A DNA stretch of 64,000 nucleotides from Pelomyxa schiedti (Eukaryota > Protista > Evosea): contig JAHLWZ010000835.1 in assembly GCA_020536535.1 (NCBI GenBank), positions 25,562 through 89,561 of the forward strand, in the 5' to 3' direction. The notes beneath the pieces were generated by a model. That model saw only the letters and a list, made by a program, of their open reading frames with translations. It was not told the DNA's origin and did not search any database. The position numbers were made by a program, and so were the translations under genes. The stretch's first letter is position 1, and every line of letters starts with the position of its first letter. Positions 34,987-47,730 of the stretch are shown piece by piece.

Positions 34987-37079
34987 ATGAACGAGACCCT
35001 TGGGTTGATCGGCCACCAAGGCGATGGTTTGGCCGCTGCCGCTACTTACGATCCCACAATGAGGGATTACCGCCCTCGTGGGGGCTCTTCGTCTTCGTCA
35101 ACGTCGGCTTCTGCGGCGAATTTGGTTGCCAAACCCATAATTGTGCCGGCCAGCCTCAGGGGCTATTTGTTTTTCATTGCATTTTTTCAATGCATGGGTG
35201 CTCTGGAGTTTGGGTACAACACTGGTATTAATATAATAAAATTATCTAGATACTTACTATGTGAATGAATACTTGTATCTTGAAGATATGTTTCCATTTT
35301 CTTTTTGGTCATTTATGTGTTCATTTGCAGCTATATCATCTCCTGCAGCTGGACCAATTGTTGATGAGTTTTCTCTTTCCACGTTCCAGCAGGAGGTCTT
35401 TGTTAGGTCTATTGCTCTTTAACCATTATATTCTCATGGTGGCACAGTGCCGTGCTTATTACTGCACTTTTTGGCGCCCTGTGTGCTGGGTTCTTTGCTG
35501 ACAAATTTGGAAGGAACAAGGTTCTCATTTTTGATGATTTTATATTTGCCACGGGTATTGGTATAAAGAACCACTCTCTGCACTTATGGAACTTCAGGAA
35601 TTGTTGTTGAAGTTTTAGCTCCAAAATTTTGGGTGCTGATAATAGCTCGATTTATTGTTGGCCTTGGAATTGGTATAATAAATCTCAAAATTTTTGTTCT
35701 CACCCGGCTCCAAGGTGTTGCATCTGTAGTTGTACCTCTTATGGTGCGTCATTTAAATTTCCAGTTGAGCTAAACAAGGAATTGAAGGTAACAGAGATAT
35801 CCCCAAAACAAATTCGTGGGGAAATTGGTACAATGAATCAGCTTTGCATTGTGCTTGGAATTGAAACTGCCTACATAATGGGTGCGGCTCTACAAGAAGT
35901 CCAATATAGTTGGCGAGCTATGCTGGCTATACCAGCTCTCTTTGTATTTGTTCATTCATTGAATTATCACTTATCCTCTTAGTGTGTAACCCATTTTTTT
36001 ATGGCTTGTATATTGGATGTGGAAACACCTCGGTGGCTTGCACTCAAAGGAAAAATTCACAGAGCTACCAGAATGCTCAAACGTTTGCGGAAGTCTCTCG
36101 ACATTACTTCTGGTTACAATCCACCTCTGTCTTGAGGGATACATATTGTCACATCCTACTTAATCATAGAACTCAAGGAGCTGCAACAAGTTGCAGATGA
36201 GTCAAACAACCGAAATATATCTCTCAAAGAAGCATTCAGATCATTGCGGTGGCGTGTTCTTGTTATTTCCATGGGATTGCTTTTTTTTCAGCAGGTTTTA
36301 TTCGTTTTGGAGTACTTCTTTTTCACAAGCTAAAGATAACGGGCAACAATGCCATCATGTATTACATGGCAACTTTTTTCCAAGATGCTGGGATGAGTGA
36401 AGCCAAGTCTAATTATGTTTCAATACTTGTTGGCGCTGTCAAGGTATGTTGGACTTCTCAATTACCACTCATTTTTATGTGTATACAGGTCTGCATGACT
36501 ATAGCCAGTGTATTCCTTCTTGATCGTGTTGGCAGAAAACCTCTTCTCCTTATTGGCATTTCATGTATGGCCATGACTCTTCTTGGAATTGCCAGTGTCT
36601 TCTTTTTTGAAGATAAAATGACTGAGGTCGATCCGTTTTCTACCCTTAACCTAACAATGCACACAGACCGCCCTTGGGATAGTATGTGTAATTTTCACCA
36701 TTCTTTTTGTAATGGGGTATGCATGCAGTCTTGGGGTAAGCTCCTATTCCTTACGGATTTAATGTAACTAAAAACTTCATACCAGTGTGTGCCGTGGATA
36801 GTAACCTCAGAAATATGTTCCAATAGAGTGAGAGCTCTGGTTATGAGCCTGGCACTTGGTGTCAACTGGACAACAAACTTCCTTGTTTCTGTGACTTTTC
36901 TATCCTTTGTGGAGGCAACCAATGAGCAGACTGTATTCCTATTTTTTTCTGCCTGGGCCACTATCGCTCTGATCTTTGTAATCTTTTTGGTTCCAGAAAC
37001 CAAAGGCAAAACCCCTCAGCAAATCGCACACCTAATGCATGACACCCTACCCAAAGAAACACTAGTAACATCTTCATGA
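34987..37079 (+). CDS. MFS sugar porter (GLUT/SP family)
   Basis: LEFGYNTG; FADKFGRNK; ARFIVGLGIG; TEISPKQIRGEIGTMNQL; SWRAML; LLDRVGRKPLL; PWIVTSEICSNRVRA; VPETKGKT. Confidence 0.92.
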
Positions 37080-37136
37080 TTGTATCCTTTAGTTCAAAAT
37101 AAAATTTTTGGTGAATCCATTTTTGTGGTTTTCAGT

Positions 37137-39445
37137 CTACATGATAAGACATGGAGAGTGTGGTTTTGACAGCTCCCCAAAGTGCTGCAATTGCTTTACA
37201 AAACCAATGTTGGGGCACACAATAAGCCTTCTTTTCTTCACAAAATCAAGAGCCTCTTGCCATCCAAGGTTGTTCTTGTACATTACATATGAAGTAACAA
37301 TAGTAGCAGACCGGGATATACCAGCAGCACTGTGTACATTATGATATTATTAGTGTTATTCAGGGAGGTGGGTTTTTTTTTCTTGATTTTTGTGAAGCAG
37401 GGAGAAAATGACACACCAATGAACTAGCACTGCAGTTCCAGAATCCCGGGCCTCATCAATGAACTTGTGGCATGTGCTGAAGTGCTCCAGCAGATTGGCC
37501 TCATCATGGTCCTCAACGGGAAGAATCAAATAATTAAATACCTAGAGAGAAATGAGAATGTAGACGAATTGTTTTAAACAAGAGAAACATTGTACCTCTG
37601 GGTAGGGTCCTTTTGTGATGGGAAGAACCGAAAGTACATGAGTCACGTGTTTGGACTGCATTTGGTAGTTAAGGAGGTGCAGGGAAGGAAACGGAATACC
37701 AGTAAAAAGTTTTTGTTATTCCCTGCCCGGGCATTTCCTAGCCACAGGTTTGGCAGTATTTCATCTGCAACGTGTTCTTCTGTATATGGGGGGCAAGTTG
37801 CTGGCATATGAACTGGAGGTGAGAGCTAGATTTGTTGGTGATTAAGTGGAAAAATGGAAGACAAAACCTTGTTTCCAGTGAGGAATAATTGGTTAAGCTT
37901 TAGAGAAGAAATTTCTTCTGGGAGTGACTCAAGATCATTATAGCTGGGAAAAGCATCAATTAGACGCTGTGCCACGTCTCGAGATGTAGCAATACCTCAC
38001 ATCCAAAAGTGTGATGCTTGTAAGTTGAGAAACAGATGGTTGGATGATAGTGATTCCGTTTTTGCTCAAAACAAGAGATTTCAAACATGGTGGATTGAGT
38101 TCAGGAAAAGATACAAAGCTGTTATCGCTGTTGGGGTATTAGAGAAGGTGATATGTTTCTTCCTACCTTGCAGAAAGTGAAGTGAGACTGCCTAACATCG
38201 AGATTTCTTCTGGGAAATCCCGGAGGCGATTGGAAGTGAGGTCAAGACTACAGAATTAGCCATCAAGAAACAACAAGTTGCAATGGGTCTGTACATTTTA
38301 AGAGAGACAAGGTTTGATATATGCTGATGTGGCATGGAGAAGCCTGCGATCATATTTTCCGAGAGTTTGAGAGTTTCCAAAGTTCCCAGGTGATATAAAC
38401 ACGAGGGAACGATAGTGAATTTATTATCGGACAAGTTTAGCTCTGACAACATTCTCAAGTTGCCTTGGGGTATTAGAACCAGAGCAAATGGCAAAAGATA
38501 CCAAAAGAATCTGGCAGAACTGCGAGCCGGTTTTTATTCAGTGATAAGAGAGATAATGCTCTAAGTTGGCCTAAGAAAAACCTTATTAGTAAAAGAAGGA
38601 TTAAGAGTGGAAGAACCAAAATTGTTGGGAAGGTCCCCAATGTCGTTGAAAGAAAGAGACAACTCTCGGAGGTGCATTAAGTTGCCTTGGGCAAGTGAGG
38701 AATAGAAAATTACCAGTAAAAGAGAAATACAGAGAAAGTCTGGCAAGAGCTTAAGGTGATTATTACTCATTGCAAGAGTTGCCAAATTCGACATTGTAGA
38801 AAGAGCATTCGGTACGAAAACGAAGTCATTTGAGGACAGTCTCAGAGTTGTTAGGTTGACTAGACTCTGTTGCATTCTTAGGAACAGTATTTGTTTCTCA
38901 ATTTGAGCACACAGTGAAGCACTCATCCATGTCTTGTATCTTATTATTCGTCAAATCCAGAGTATTCAGTGCCATAAGTCTTGATATTCCAGAAGGAAGG
39001 ATAGTGATCCCATTGCTAGGGAGAACAAGAGAAGTCACCCACTCTGCAGTCAAAAGGACTGGTGGGAATTTACTTGGAAGTGTCAAGTCCCTAGCTTTTT
39101 GTGGTGCCTTAGTTTTACACCAATAACAAACTAAAGAACCAATAAAACAACAACAAACAAAGCAACTGCTAGACGAAAAGTGGCCAAACAGTGACATCCC
39201 ATCACCACCACACACTTCCAAGTTATTTCCAGACGCGAATTCTCCTTTGCTCTCTCCATCAACTTTCTCACCGCCTCGTCAGTCATTTCCGTCAGGTTGT
39301 CCTCCCCAGAAGCTGACCCATAAGTCTCTGCCGGGGCACTGTGTATTCCAAGCACTACTGTTCGCCTCTCCTGTGGTCCCAATGTAAATACTGCACCTGT
39401 TGATGCAGTTGTTGCCGATGCCGTGGTACTGGTAGTGGTTGACAT
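37137..39445 (-). CDS. Leucine-rich-repeat dual-specificity phosphatase (architecture of Dictyostelium MPL1)
   Basis: Many LRRs (LNTLDLTNNKI, LTTLRLSSNDF, LSELNLSDNKF). C-terminal LPVEDHDEANLLEHF...VLVHC|AAGISRSATIVTSYVM...CPNIGFVKQL; the catalytic Cys codon is split by intron 37330-37416. Confidence 0.88.
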
Positions 39446-39605
39446 CGTGTTGGGGAATTATTTTTTACTTCTCCTTGGCGCCAGAAAGGTCACAGTTTTT
39501 TCGGAAGGCACATACCTCAACGGCTGATCAAAATCAACTTTTTCTCAGTCACCGAAAACAAACATAAAAGTTTGACAGCTAATTGTTTGCTTTGTTGGAA
39601 GCACA

Positions 39606-41632
39606 TCAGGACTCGTGGGGTGTGGGTTGTGTGCCTGGTGGTGGGGATTCCGGTTGTGTTTGTTGGGTGCTGCTGGATTGGGTCAGCAGTGTTTGAGGCT
39701 GTGGTGGTGGTTGTGTTTCTGGGTCGACTTGGGGTGGTGCTTGCGCAGGTGCAGTCTGCGTTGCTGTCTGTGTGGTGGTGGTTGTTGTCTGCGGCTGTGG
39801 TTGTGACATTGGTTTCACGGCCACAAAGAAAATGCATTCGTAGCAGACCCTCAAGAGTGACTTCGAGTTGCTCGTATATGGGCAATTCACTCTATTCTCT
39901 TTCTGTGTTGTTAGTGAGTTTTTGGATTCTTTGGATCGTTGATTGTTTGTAGAACCTCGATCGTGAAGCCGTGTGCGAGAATAACTGAGCGCACTTCCTC
40001 CCAAGTAAGCTCCACTGAGGACTCCCATTCCATATCAGCATAGTGGTACAGAAGTGGGCCTAAGGAAGAGTCAGTCGTACTAATGCTTTTTTAACAAAAG
40101 GGGCATACCTATGTTCACCCATAGGCCACCAGGCTTTAACATCGTTGAGATAATTTCAACATATTCAATAATGTTGTGTGCTGTGTCCTGAAGAGTACAG
40201 TGAGACACTTTGAGATAATAAATACAGAACAAACTAAGAAAAAACAAGTAGCTAAGCAATCCCATTGCTCTAAATGTAGCATAAGCCTATGAATCTACGG
40301 ATAATGAAGGAACCTCTCTGTGGAGAATAAACTTCAATGAAATCACCGGCAACCATTGAGAGAGTTTGTTTGCCTGCGAGAGCATCAGAGGGAAGAACAT
40401 CAGGTACAGTAACACGTCGAATCTGGGATTTGTCATGCAATCATAAGAAAAAGGTACGGTAGAAACCTGGTCATTAAAAGCTACCACGTTGCTACTTTGC
40501 CTTATGTAGGGAAAAATAGAAAACTCATCAACTCGTGTAGTCCTGCATTTTCATTATTACATGTACCTGTTTCACAGGGATTTATACTTGTTCAGAATAA
40601 GGTGGGACCCAAGCAGCATAAAATATGAGAATTCATTCCCTTGACTATAAAAACCTAACCCAAGTTCATATCTAAGCAAATACGCTTCAACAAACCATGT
40701 GCAGCCAATTCAAATGTTAGCCTTCCAAGTCCTGCCCCTGGGGTAAGAATTCTAATCGAATTCCTGTATGCGACAATAAATCCGTGCACAGAGCCTTATT
40801 TGCAAGAGTTACAGACCTGGTCTCAATACTGGGAAATCTTTCCAGGATTTCAGAAATAATTGGGTTGTAGCATGCCTCACGTTCCACTCGACCCTATCAA
40901 TTAGTTGAACTTTAAAAAAAAACAAAAAAATGTATATTTTTTACCTCAACTGACCAATCTCTAGCAAACTGACATAACGTTGTCTTGACTTTCTCCATGT
41001 GAAAAGGAGCAACAGGTTTTGTGGACTGAAGAAGTGGTAAAAATACATAGGAATGAAAAGAGCCAAACCTGAACCCGTGGATACACTTTATTCTGGAAAA
41101 CTGATGTGTGGTCACTGACAAGAGTTTCTAGGAACGTTTGATTGGTTGCAGAAAGCTCCCTGAGAGTAGTGAAGCGTTTCTGGACCTGAGGGACCAGTGC
41201 TTTGTGTTTTGGAGGAAGTTGCTCGAAGTCCCGCTCGCACTTGCACAGCCACATATCATTGTACCTGCAAGTAAGTGTTACGAATTAGCGATCCCATACT
41301 GCTTTGTGTAGTTAAATTCAAAGGTAACTTAGTTACTTGAGATAGTAAAGAAAAGCGCAGACAACTTCGTTGAAGTGGGCTTCTTCCTCCTCCTCCGCGC
41401 TTTGTGCATTTTGCGGCTGTTCATCCGTAACGTGGTGATGGTGGTGCTGTTGCTGCGGTTGTGGCTGCTGCGTATTCCCGTGTTGGTGGTGGTTGTGTGC
41501 ATTGGCACAAGATGCGACGTGGGTCATTCCCTGGTGTTGCTGGTGATCCGCCACACCGTGCTGCTGTTGTCTTTGTTGCTGGGGATGGTGGTGTGAATGT
41601 GACGCATTTCCGCCGTGACGACACCCCGGCAT
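39606..41632 (-). CDS. CARNMT1: Carnosine N-methyltransferase (N2227 family) with His/Gln-rich N-terminus and Thr/Pro/Gln tail
   Basis: MEKVKTTLCQFARDWS; ILTPGAGLGRLTFELA; YSQGNEFSYFMLLGS; HNIIEYVEIISTMLKPGGLWVNIG|PLLYH. Confidence 0.9.
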
Positions 41633-41781
41633 GGCGTACTCGTTTAATTAGTGAATAATAAGTGATGGCTAAATCTTGACATCTTCAATCATAATTACTG
41701 CCCCAAACTTGGTTGTCACTTAGACAGAACGAAGAGAAGAATTGACAAAAAAAACAAATAACAAAAAAAAAAATATAAAAA

Positions 41782-43987
41782 ATGACAGCGGCGGTTGCAA
41801 CGCAGCAGCAACAGCGAGCGGTGCAAGCCGTTCGTAGTGCTGTGCGTGTTGATGAGTTCGGAGATCTTGTTGGTGTTTCGTCGGCGACGCTGTCCATTGC
41901 GCAAAACGTGGCCCGGATCTATCGCGAATCTACGTGCAAATGGTTCCGCAGTAACATTCCACTGTCGCCGCCACAACCTAGTTCTTCGACTTCATCAGCA
42001 TCTACGACACCAGCAACGCCAAGCGCAACGAGTGTCGCTCCAAGGGTATTTGCCAGCCTCCCTGTAGATACGCAAGTGTGTTGTTTTCTTTTTTATTCCA
42101 AGTGTTGTAACTCATTCCAGAAAGCAGTGTTCAACGAGGGTTGTTCCCTTGTCATACGACTGAGCGTCGCATCTTTCCTTGCATCGGAGCGCTTGAAGGT
42201 TTGCTATATCACCTTCTTGCTTTTCCTCTTGTACCTACTTTCTAACATCCTTAGGCGAACACTGTGATTCAAATATTGGTCCGGCATCTAGTCGATACTT
42301 TCAACCGAACACCTGCATTATTGACAGATAACATGTTACATGCCCACTTTCAAGACGTTGTCCTGTTCCTTATTTCCCAACTCTTCCACCTCAGCACTTC
42401 GCCCCATTCAGTTCTTGGGTGCGCCCCAAATTCCCAATCTCCACAACACCGCACCACTCCACTCTCACCCCCGCAAGTTCTAGCAGAAAAGCCCTTGGTA
42501 TTGCTGCAGTGGTGCTTGGCAATTCTTGCACTAGCAGAGAATGGTTACTCCAAGCATGAAAGGTACTTCACTGCCTGTCTGAAGCATCTAGATGTCTGTC
42601 TGCGTTCCTGTGTCCCCAGACTTCGTGTGTAAAGGTTTCTAAACGCAAATAACTTATTATTCTTCAGGTGATTTTTATTTGGTTGTAGCACAACAAAGTT
42701 TGAGTAAAGTGCACTTGCTCCACGCACGTCACATTATATATAATGGAGGTGACATTATACGTGATGCCAGACCACTGCTTTGTGCGGCCAAAGACACTTT
42801 GCAAACATTGATAAAACAACCTGGTCAACAGTGCGCAATCAATTTATGAATGGTTTGTCTTTTTAACAACTACTTCAAGTGTCCCACAGGCCTGCTATTA
42901 TTTGGCCAGGGCTTGCGTTCTACTTGGAGAAATAGAGATTGCCCGCTCCGTACTTCAAGATGCAGCCACCGTAATGCACCTAAATGTTATCCTTCACTGA
43001 GAACTATCTCCAGAAGAAAATTCTGCCAGAACCCAAAGAACTATTGTCTGAACCTGATTTTGAATCAATACGTGATGCACCTTGGTTTGCTGCAATATGT
43101 GGCATTCAGCCCCCAGCACCAAACCAACTGTCACCAAATACTGAATATACCATGCTCAAGTCGTCTCTGATGGGGGGTGGATTTTCTGTTAAGAAGATGA
43201 TAGACCATTTGATAAAGCCTGGTCATTTAAAGTACATTGAATGTTAAAAAATACTGACGCTTCTCCAGTAATGCCAACAGCCTTGAAAGAGTGCGGGCAA
43301 GTTTTAACCGCGAGACAACGACTGGCAGCCAGGCTGGCTATGTACCAACTGAAGTAATTGCCTGTTGATTCACCCAAACATTTCTCTAATCACATCTTAC
43401 AGGGAGAGGAGAGACATTCCTGGTGATGGGAACTGTCAGTTCTATTCCTTATCTGATCAGATGTACGACACAATACACAGGGTATCCATGTAGCATCCCA
43501 GTCCTTTTTAGTAAGTTCCTTCAGGCAGCGGATCTACGTCGCACTGCTGTCGCATGGCTTGAAGCCCACAAGGAATGGGATCCCGGCAATGGTGCTTTAC
43601 TACATTACTTTGTTGCTGATCAGACATGGGAGGCGTATTGCAGACAAATGTCAAAATCAGGTTCACTCCTTCTACTCCTCCATTGTTTGACAGTGAAAAA
43701 TGTAGGCACTTGGGGGGATAATTTGACTTTGATTGCGATATCAGAACACTTCCGTGTCCGAATAAGTGTAATTTCCAGTGTAGCTGGTGACAACTTTATT
43801 ACTGGTATGGACAGTTCCTTTCGAAGAGACCTAAAAAACGTGTAGAGATTACCCCAAGTGCTCTAAAAGGAGACCCCACAACCAAAGTTTTGCTCCTGTG
43901 CCACTTCGCGGTTTGTTCCTTGCTGTTTTCTTCACTGTTCTTATCTTCCAACAGGAGTACCACTACGGGAGCCTCGGCTCAGTGTGA
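41782..43987 (+). CDS. OTU-family deubiquitinase with helical N-terminal region
   Basis: DIPGDGNCQFYSLSDQMY (Cys box); WEAYCRQMSKS|GTWGDNLTLIA; CHFA|EYHYGSL (His box). Stop at 43985-43987. Confidence 0.85.
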
Positions 43988-44075
43988 CCGCACCAAATGT
44001 GAAAATATTCCTTGTTGTAGGACCAAAAGGAAAACGGATTTTAATACACCACATTCTTTTGTTTTTGGTGGAATG

Positions 44076-46213
44076 TTAGCCAGCAAGCTTCCTCTTGGCC
44101 CAGGCTGAGGCCGGTGTTTGCCAATAGCCTCTTCCCCACATGGCATCAGCCTTGGGCCACCCAGTCGTCATTTTAGTGCCACAGTCTTTGCCAAGGGCAG
44201 CGAGGGTAAGGCCATTGATTACGAAGGAGTGGTCTGTGACCTGTGTGTGTGGATTGAGTGTGGTGAATGGATTAGTGGTGATGGAGTTGGGTGGGCCCGG
44301 TTGTTGTGTTGTGTGTACCTCGGGGCCTCCTTCGAGCTCAAAGTTGTAGAGTCTGTCGATGTACATCTTCTGTAGAGTGCCAATCTCGAAAGGGTGCACC
44401 CACTCATTTCTTACCAGAACGGGGTGCCCAGGAGTAAGAGCCAGACCAGATAAAATCACCATGCTCTTCTCACACTGTGTCTCTAGAACTTCTACACGGG
44501 CAATGGCCCTAGGGGTACCTAGTTCTGTCAAGACAAGATCACCAACTTCAATGTGCTCAACTTTCCTGTAGGAAAATCAGCCTCAGAGGAAAGACAGTTA
44601 TTTATGACGGGGGACATTACTTGAGGGAGTTGTCTGCCATAAGAACGTCTCCATCTCCGGTAAAGCATGAAGGAACACCGGGAGCTTCGACTTCTGTCTT
44701 CATTGTGGCATCAACTTGCAGCCAACGGCGGAGAATTTCTTGCCTTGCTGCCTCTCGTTCTTGTGGAACTTTGCAGACAAACATTCCATAGCCGCACAAT
44801 CCAAAGGCACGGTTGTGGAGATCTCTTTTGAGTTTATTGTCACGTTCTACGTGAAGTGAGATGTTTAGGCTAGGTGAAGGCGGGAAACGGACCTATCACT
44901 TTAGGGTCTGAGAGCAGGAGCAGCTCCAAAGCATGGAAGGTTGTCGTTATTAAACGGAAGCCAGAAGGTTTTGCGTTTATGTTCACACCAGCTTTTGCAC
45001 AAAAGCATATAGCTACTTCTTCAGGGATTGTGCGTGTGTTTAAGTCGGGTATTGGAGTATGAAAGCGACTGTGAACAAGTGAGACATTGCACAATGTGGT
45101 GACTGCTTCGTCAACGTAAAACTATAAGGACAAAATAGTGAGAGGAGGGAGGTGGAAGTATTTCAATTGTAAAACCTGTCCTGTATGGCACGTACATTTG
45201 CAATACGAAAGCAAACTTGTGAGTATATTTACTAAAACGTCATTTGGCATCATAAGTAGTAGACATCTGAAGGCAAGTTGGATTTTACAAAAAACCATCG
45301 AACTTACTCATCTGCGGGCGGCGTTTCAGCAGGGTGTGTGAACTGCGTTAGTCCATATCTACATGAGGGCACTGGAGGGATAGTAAAGGGTCTTATCTTG
45401 TGTCCAGTGTATCTTAATTTTGTTAAACTGAGGCGGAATCCACACTAAAGGAGCACTAGGAACCGTATTTTGCGGACATTCCCACTGGTATGGTTTCGCT
45501 GAGTCATTGACAATAAGTTGACTGTGCGATTACCACTAGAAAGCTTAACTCTGGCTGCATCCATTCTGTTCATATTGTTGCTCTCCAGGAACTGTTCCAA
45601 AAGAGTACAATCCTATCAAAGTGAGTAAAGTGGCTGGAATTTTGGAGAAGAGAAGTACAGAAGGTTCAAATGGGTACCATCGGTCACCCATCCACCACCA
45701 CTGGGGCCCTAGCTCCTCAGGGAGGGGCTTGCGTGCAGCAGTGCTTGTGGTGCTTGTAGTTGTAGAACTTGAGGTACCAGTGCGAGAAGGAATGATGTGT
45801 AATCGAATTTGAAGGTCCTGCATAGGCCTTTTAGAGTTGTCCAGTTCTCTCAAAGTGACTTCATACTCCCCAAGCCTAAACAGAGGGAAACTTGCTGATT
45901 CACCAACAGGCACTAGCAATACAATTTTTTTTTTTTTTTTTGTCATACAAATGTGTTGGCTTTTAAAGACTCTCAATAAAATGAAGAATAAACGAGTACC
46001 TTCTGTCACAACGGTTCCAGAAGTTGGAAACGCACATGAAGCGATCCACTGGGTTATATCGACTCAGTGTCAGCCACAATTATGGGAGGCGGAAAAAAAA
46101 GGGTACAAAAACGGTAGAATTACCCTGGCCCTCGACACCACTGAAAGTGGCGTCGTCCTCAAGTGCTGAATTTCAATGGTTTTCCCTGGAGGTGGTCGCC
46201 ACGGCCTCGACAT
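44076..46213 (-). CDS. Beta-sandwich(?) + WWE + F-box + C-terminal Hint (Vint-type) domain protein
   Basis: Continuous frame through canonical introns: WWWMGDRWYPFEPS|DCTLLEQF...RTVNLLSMTQRNHTSGNVRKIR (WWE); LLLMMPNDVLVNILTSL...LCNVSLVHSRF (F-box); PS-CFTGDGDVLMADNSLK|KVEHIEVGDLV...LTPGHPVL...LYNFEL...HSFVING (Hint blocks A, B, F). Confidence 0.8.
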
Positions 46214-46392
46214 TTCAACTGTTTTGTAAAATTAAACGACTTCGAGGAAATTTTTTTTTTTCGATCTCATTTTTGGTTGTAGTAGGGCACAGATTCCCAC
46301 CGCCTACCACAACACCATTGTGAGTGCATCATAGGAACTGGAGGAAGTGTATGAGATAGCTGGCAAGAAAGAAAAAGGCACCATAGCCACAA

Positions 46393-47647
46393 CTACCGTG
46401 TGCTGTGTGGGAGTAAGTTTTGATAAAGATAATAGAGGTAAGGGAAGTTACATGTAGGAATGGCAAAACTGGTGGGGGTGAGGGGTATAAGCAAGCTCAG
46501 GATTAGGGCTAGAAGCCAGAAATGGTGATTTCTGCAGAGAGTGGCACAATTCCAGCAAAATGTAAAAGCTGCGTGGATTGTGGCAATGATGGCCATGTAG
46601 TTGGTGCCGAAGATCAGTGTGCACCCACACACGATTGGGGATAAGACGGGAATCACCGGCTGAGCTCTACAACTTAGGTTCCCGGTGCCTGATAATACAA
46701 GCATCCCCAGAGAACGGATAGGGCATACAACTAGTGGGATGCACAAAATAGAAAGTGCAGTTTGGAAAAGCATCTAGATGTAGACTAAGTGTCATAAACA
46801 ATTGACTGTAACTCTACCTTTACAGCCACAGAAATATAGCCTGGCTCTCTGTAATTAAGAAGGTGCATCTGAGAATTAATGTACAAAGTATACAATACAG
46901 TCACACCAGCTAGGTCTGAAAAAAAAAAAGTTAGAGGTGGCAATTTCTAGTTGTAGTATTATTGTAGACTTTACCCTAATATCAAGTGGACTCACATGGA
47001 ACAATCACATTGATAGTGAGTATGCGCCCACAGCAAATAGAACAAAAAGATTCCATCGATGTCCCATAATTCAGTTCCACAGAACGCGAAATACCTCTGC
47101 CACTGCACGTCAGTGCTCGCGCCAAAGCCACAAATGTAACTGCCAGCCAAATAAATCCCCAGATGACCGTTTCTTTCTGCACATTCCTTCTAACACGCTC
47201 TCTCAAGTACACACTCTAATTTTGTTTTAGGTTTAGTGTTTATGCAGTTGCACTACAAATCAGATTAAACAAACAAACGAACAACCATAAATAAGGGCAC
47301 CATTAAAAACTCCAGCACCAAAGTGCAGCGTACATCAAGTTAACAGCTCGGGTTATTCCCGTAATTCACACCTTGTGAATCTCTTCAGGGTGCCTCACAA
47401 GCCACACCAGCATCTCAGTCAATCTCTCCCTCGTAGCCTTCTGCGTAGCCCCTTCGCACTCCTCCAAAGTCACTACCGCCCTCCTTTTTACGCCCAAATT
47501 CGCCGTGCACGTAGTCGCGCTGCCACACAATTGTGGGACCTCCCCAGCATTCACGCAACCCGCAACAGGTGCATTCCCATCTCCCTGCGCCTCCTCCTTG
47601 TCCATTTCCTCCAACGCATCCAGTAGATCTTGATCAATGTCAACCAT
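46393..47647 (-). CDS. Hypothetical membrane protein
   Basis: MVDIDQDLLDALEE start followed by several hydrophobic segments (VIWGFIWLAVTFVALA; LFQTALSILCIPLVV; TLIFGTNYMAIIATIHAAFTF). Exon joins unresolved. Confidence 0.35.
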
Positions 47648-47730
47648 TTTTTTCTTGTTTTTTCTTTTTGTTTTGCCTAGCCAAAGTGAAATGTATTCAG
47701 CACAGTCTATGTACATTGCTTTATCTCTGG

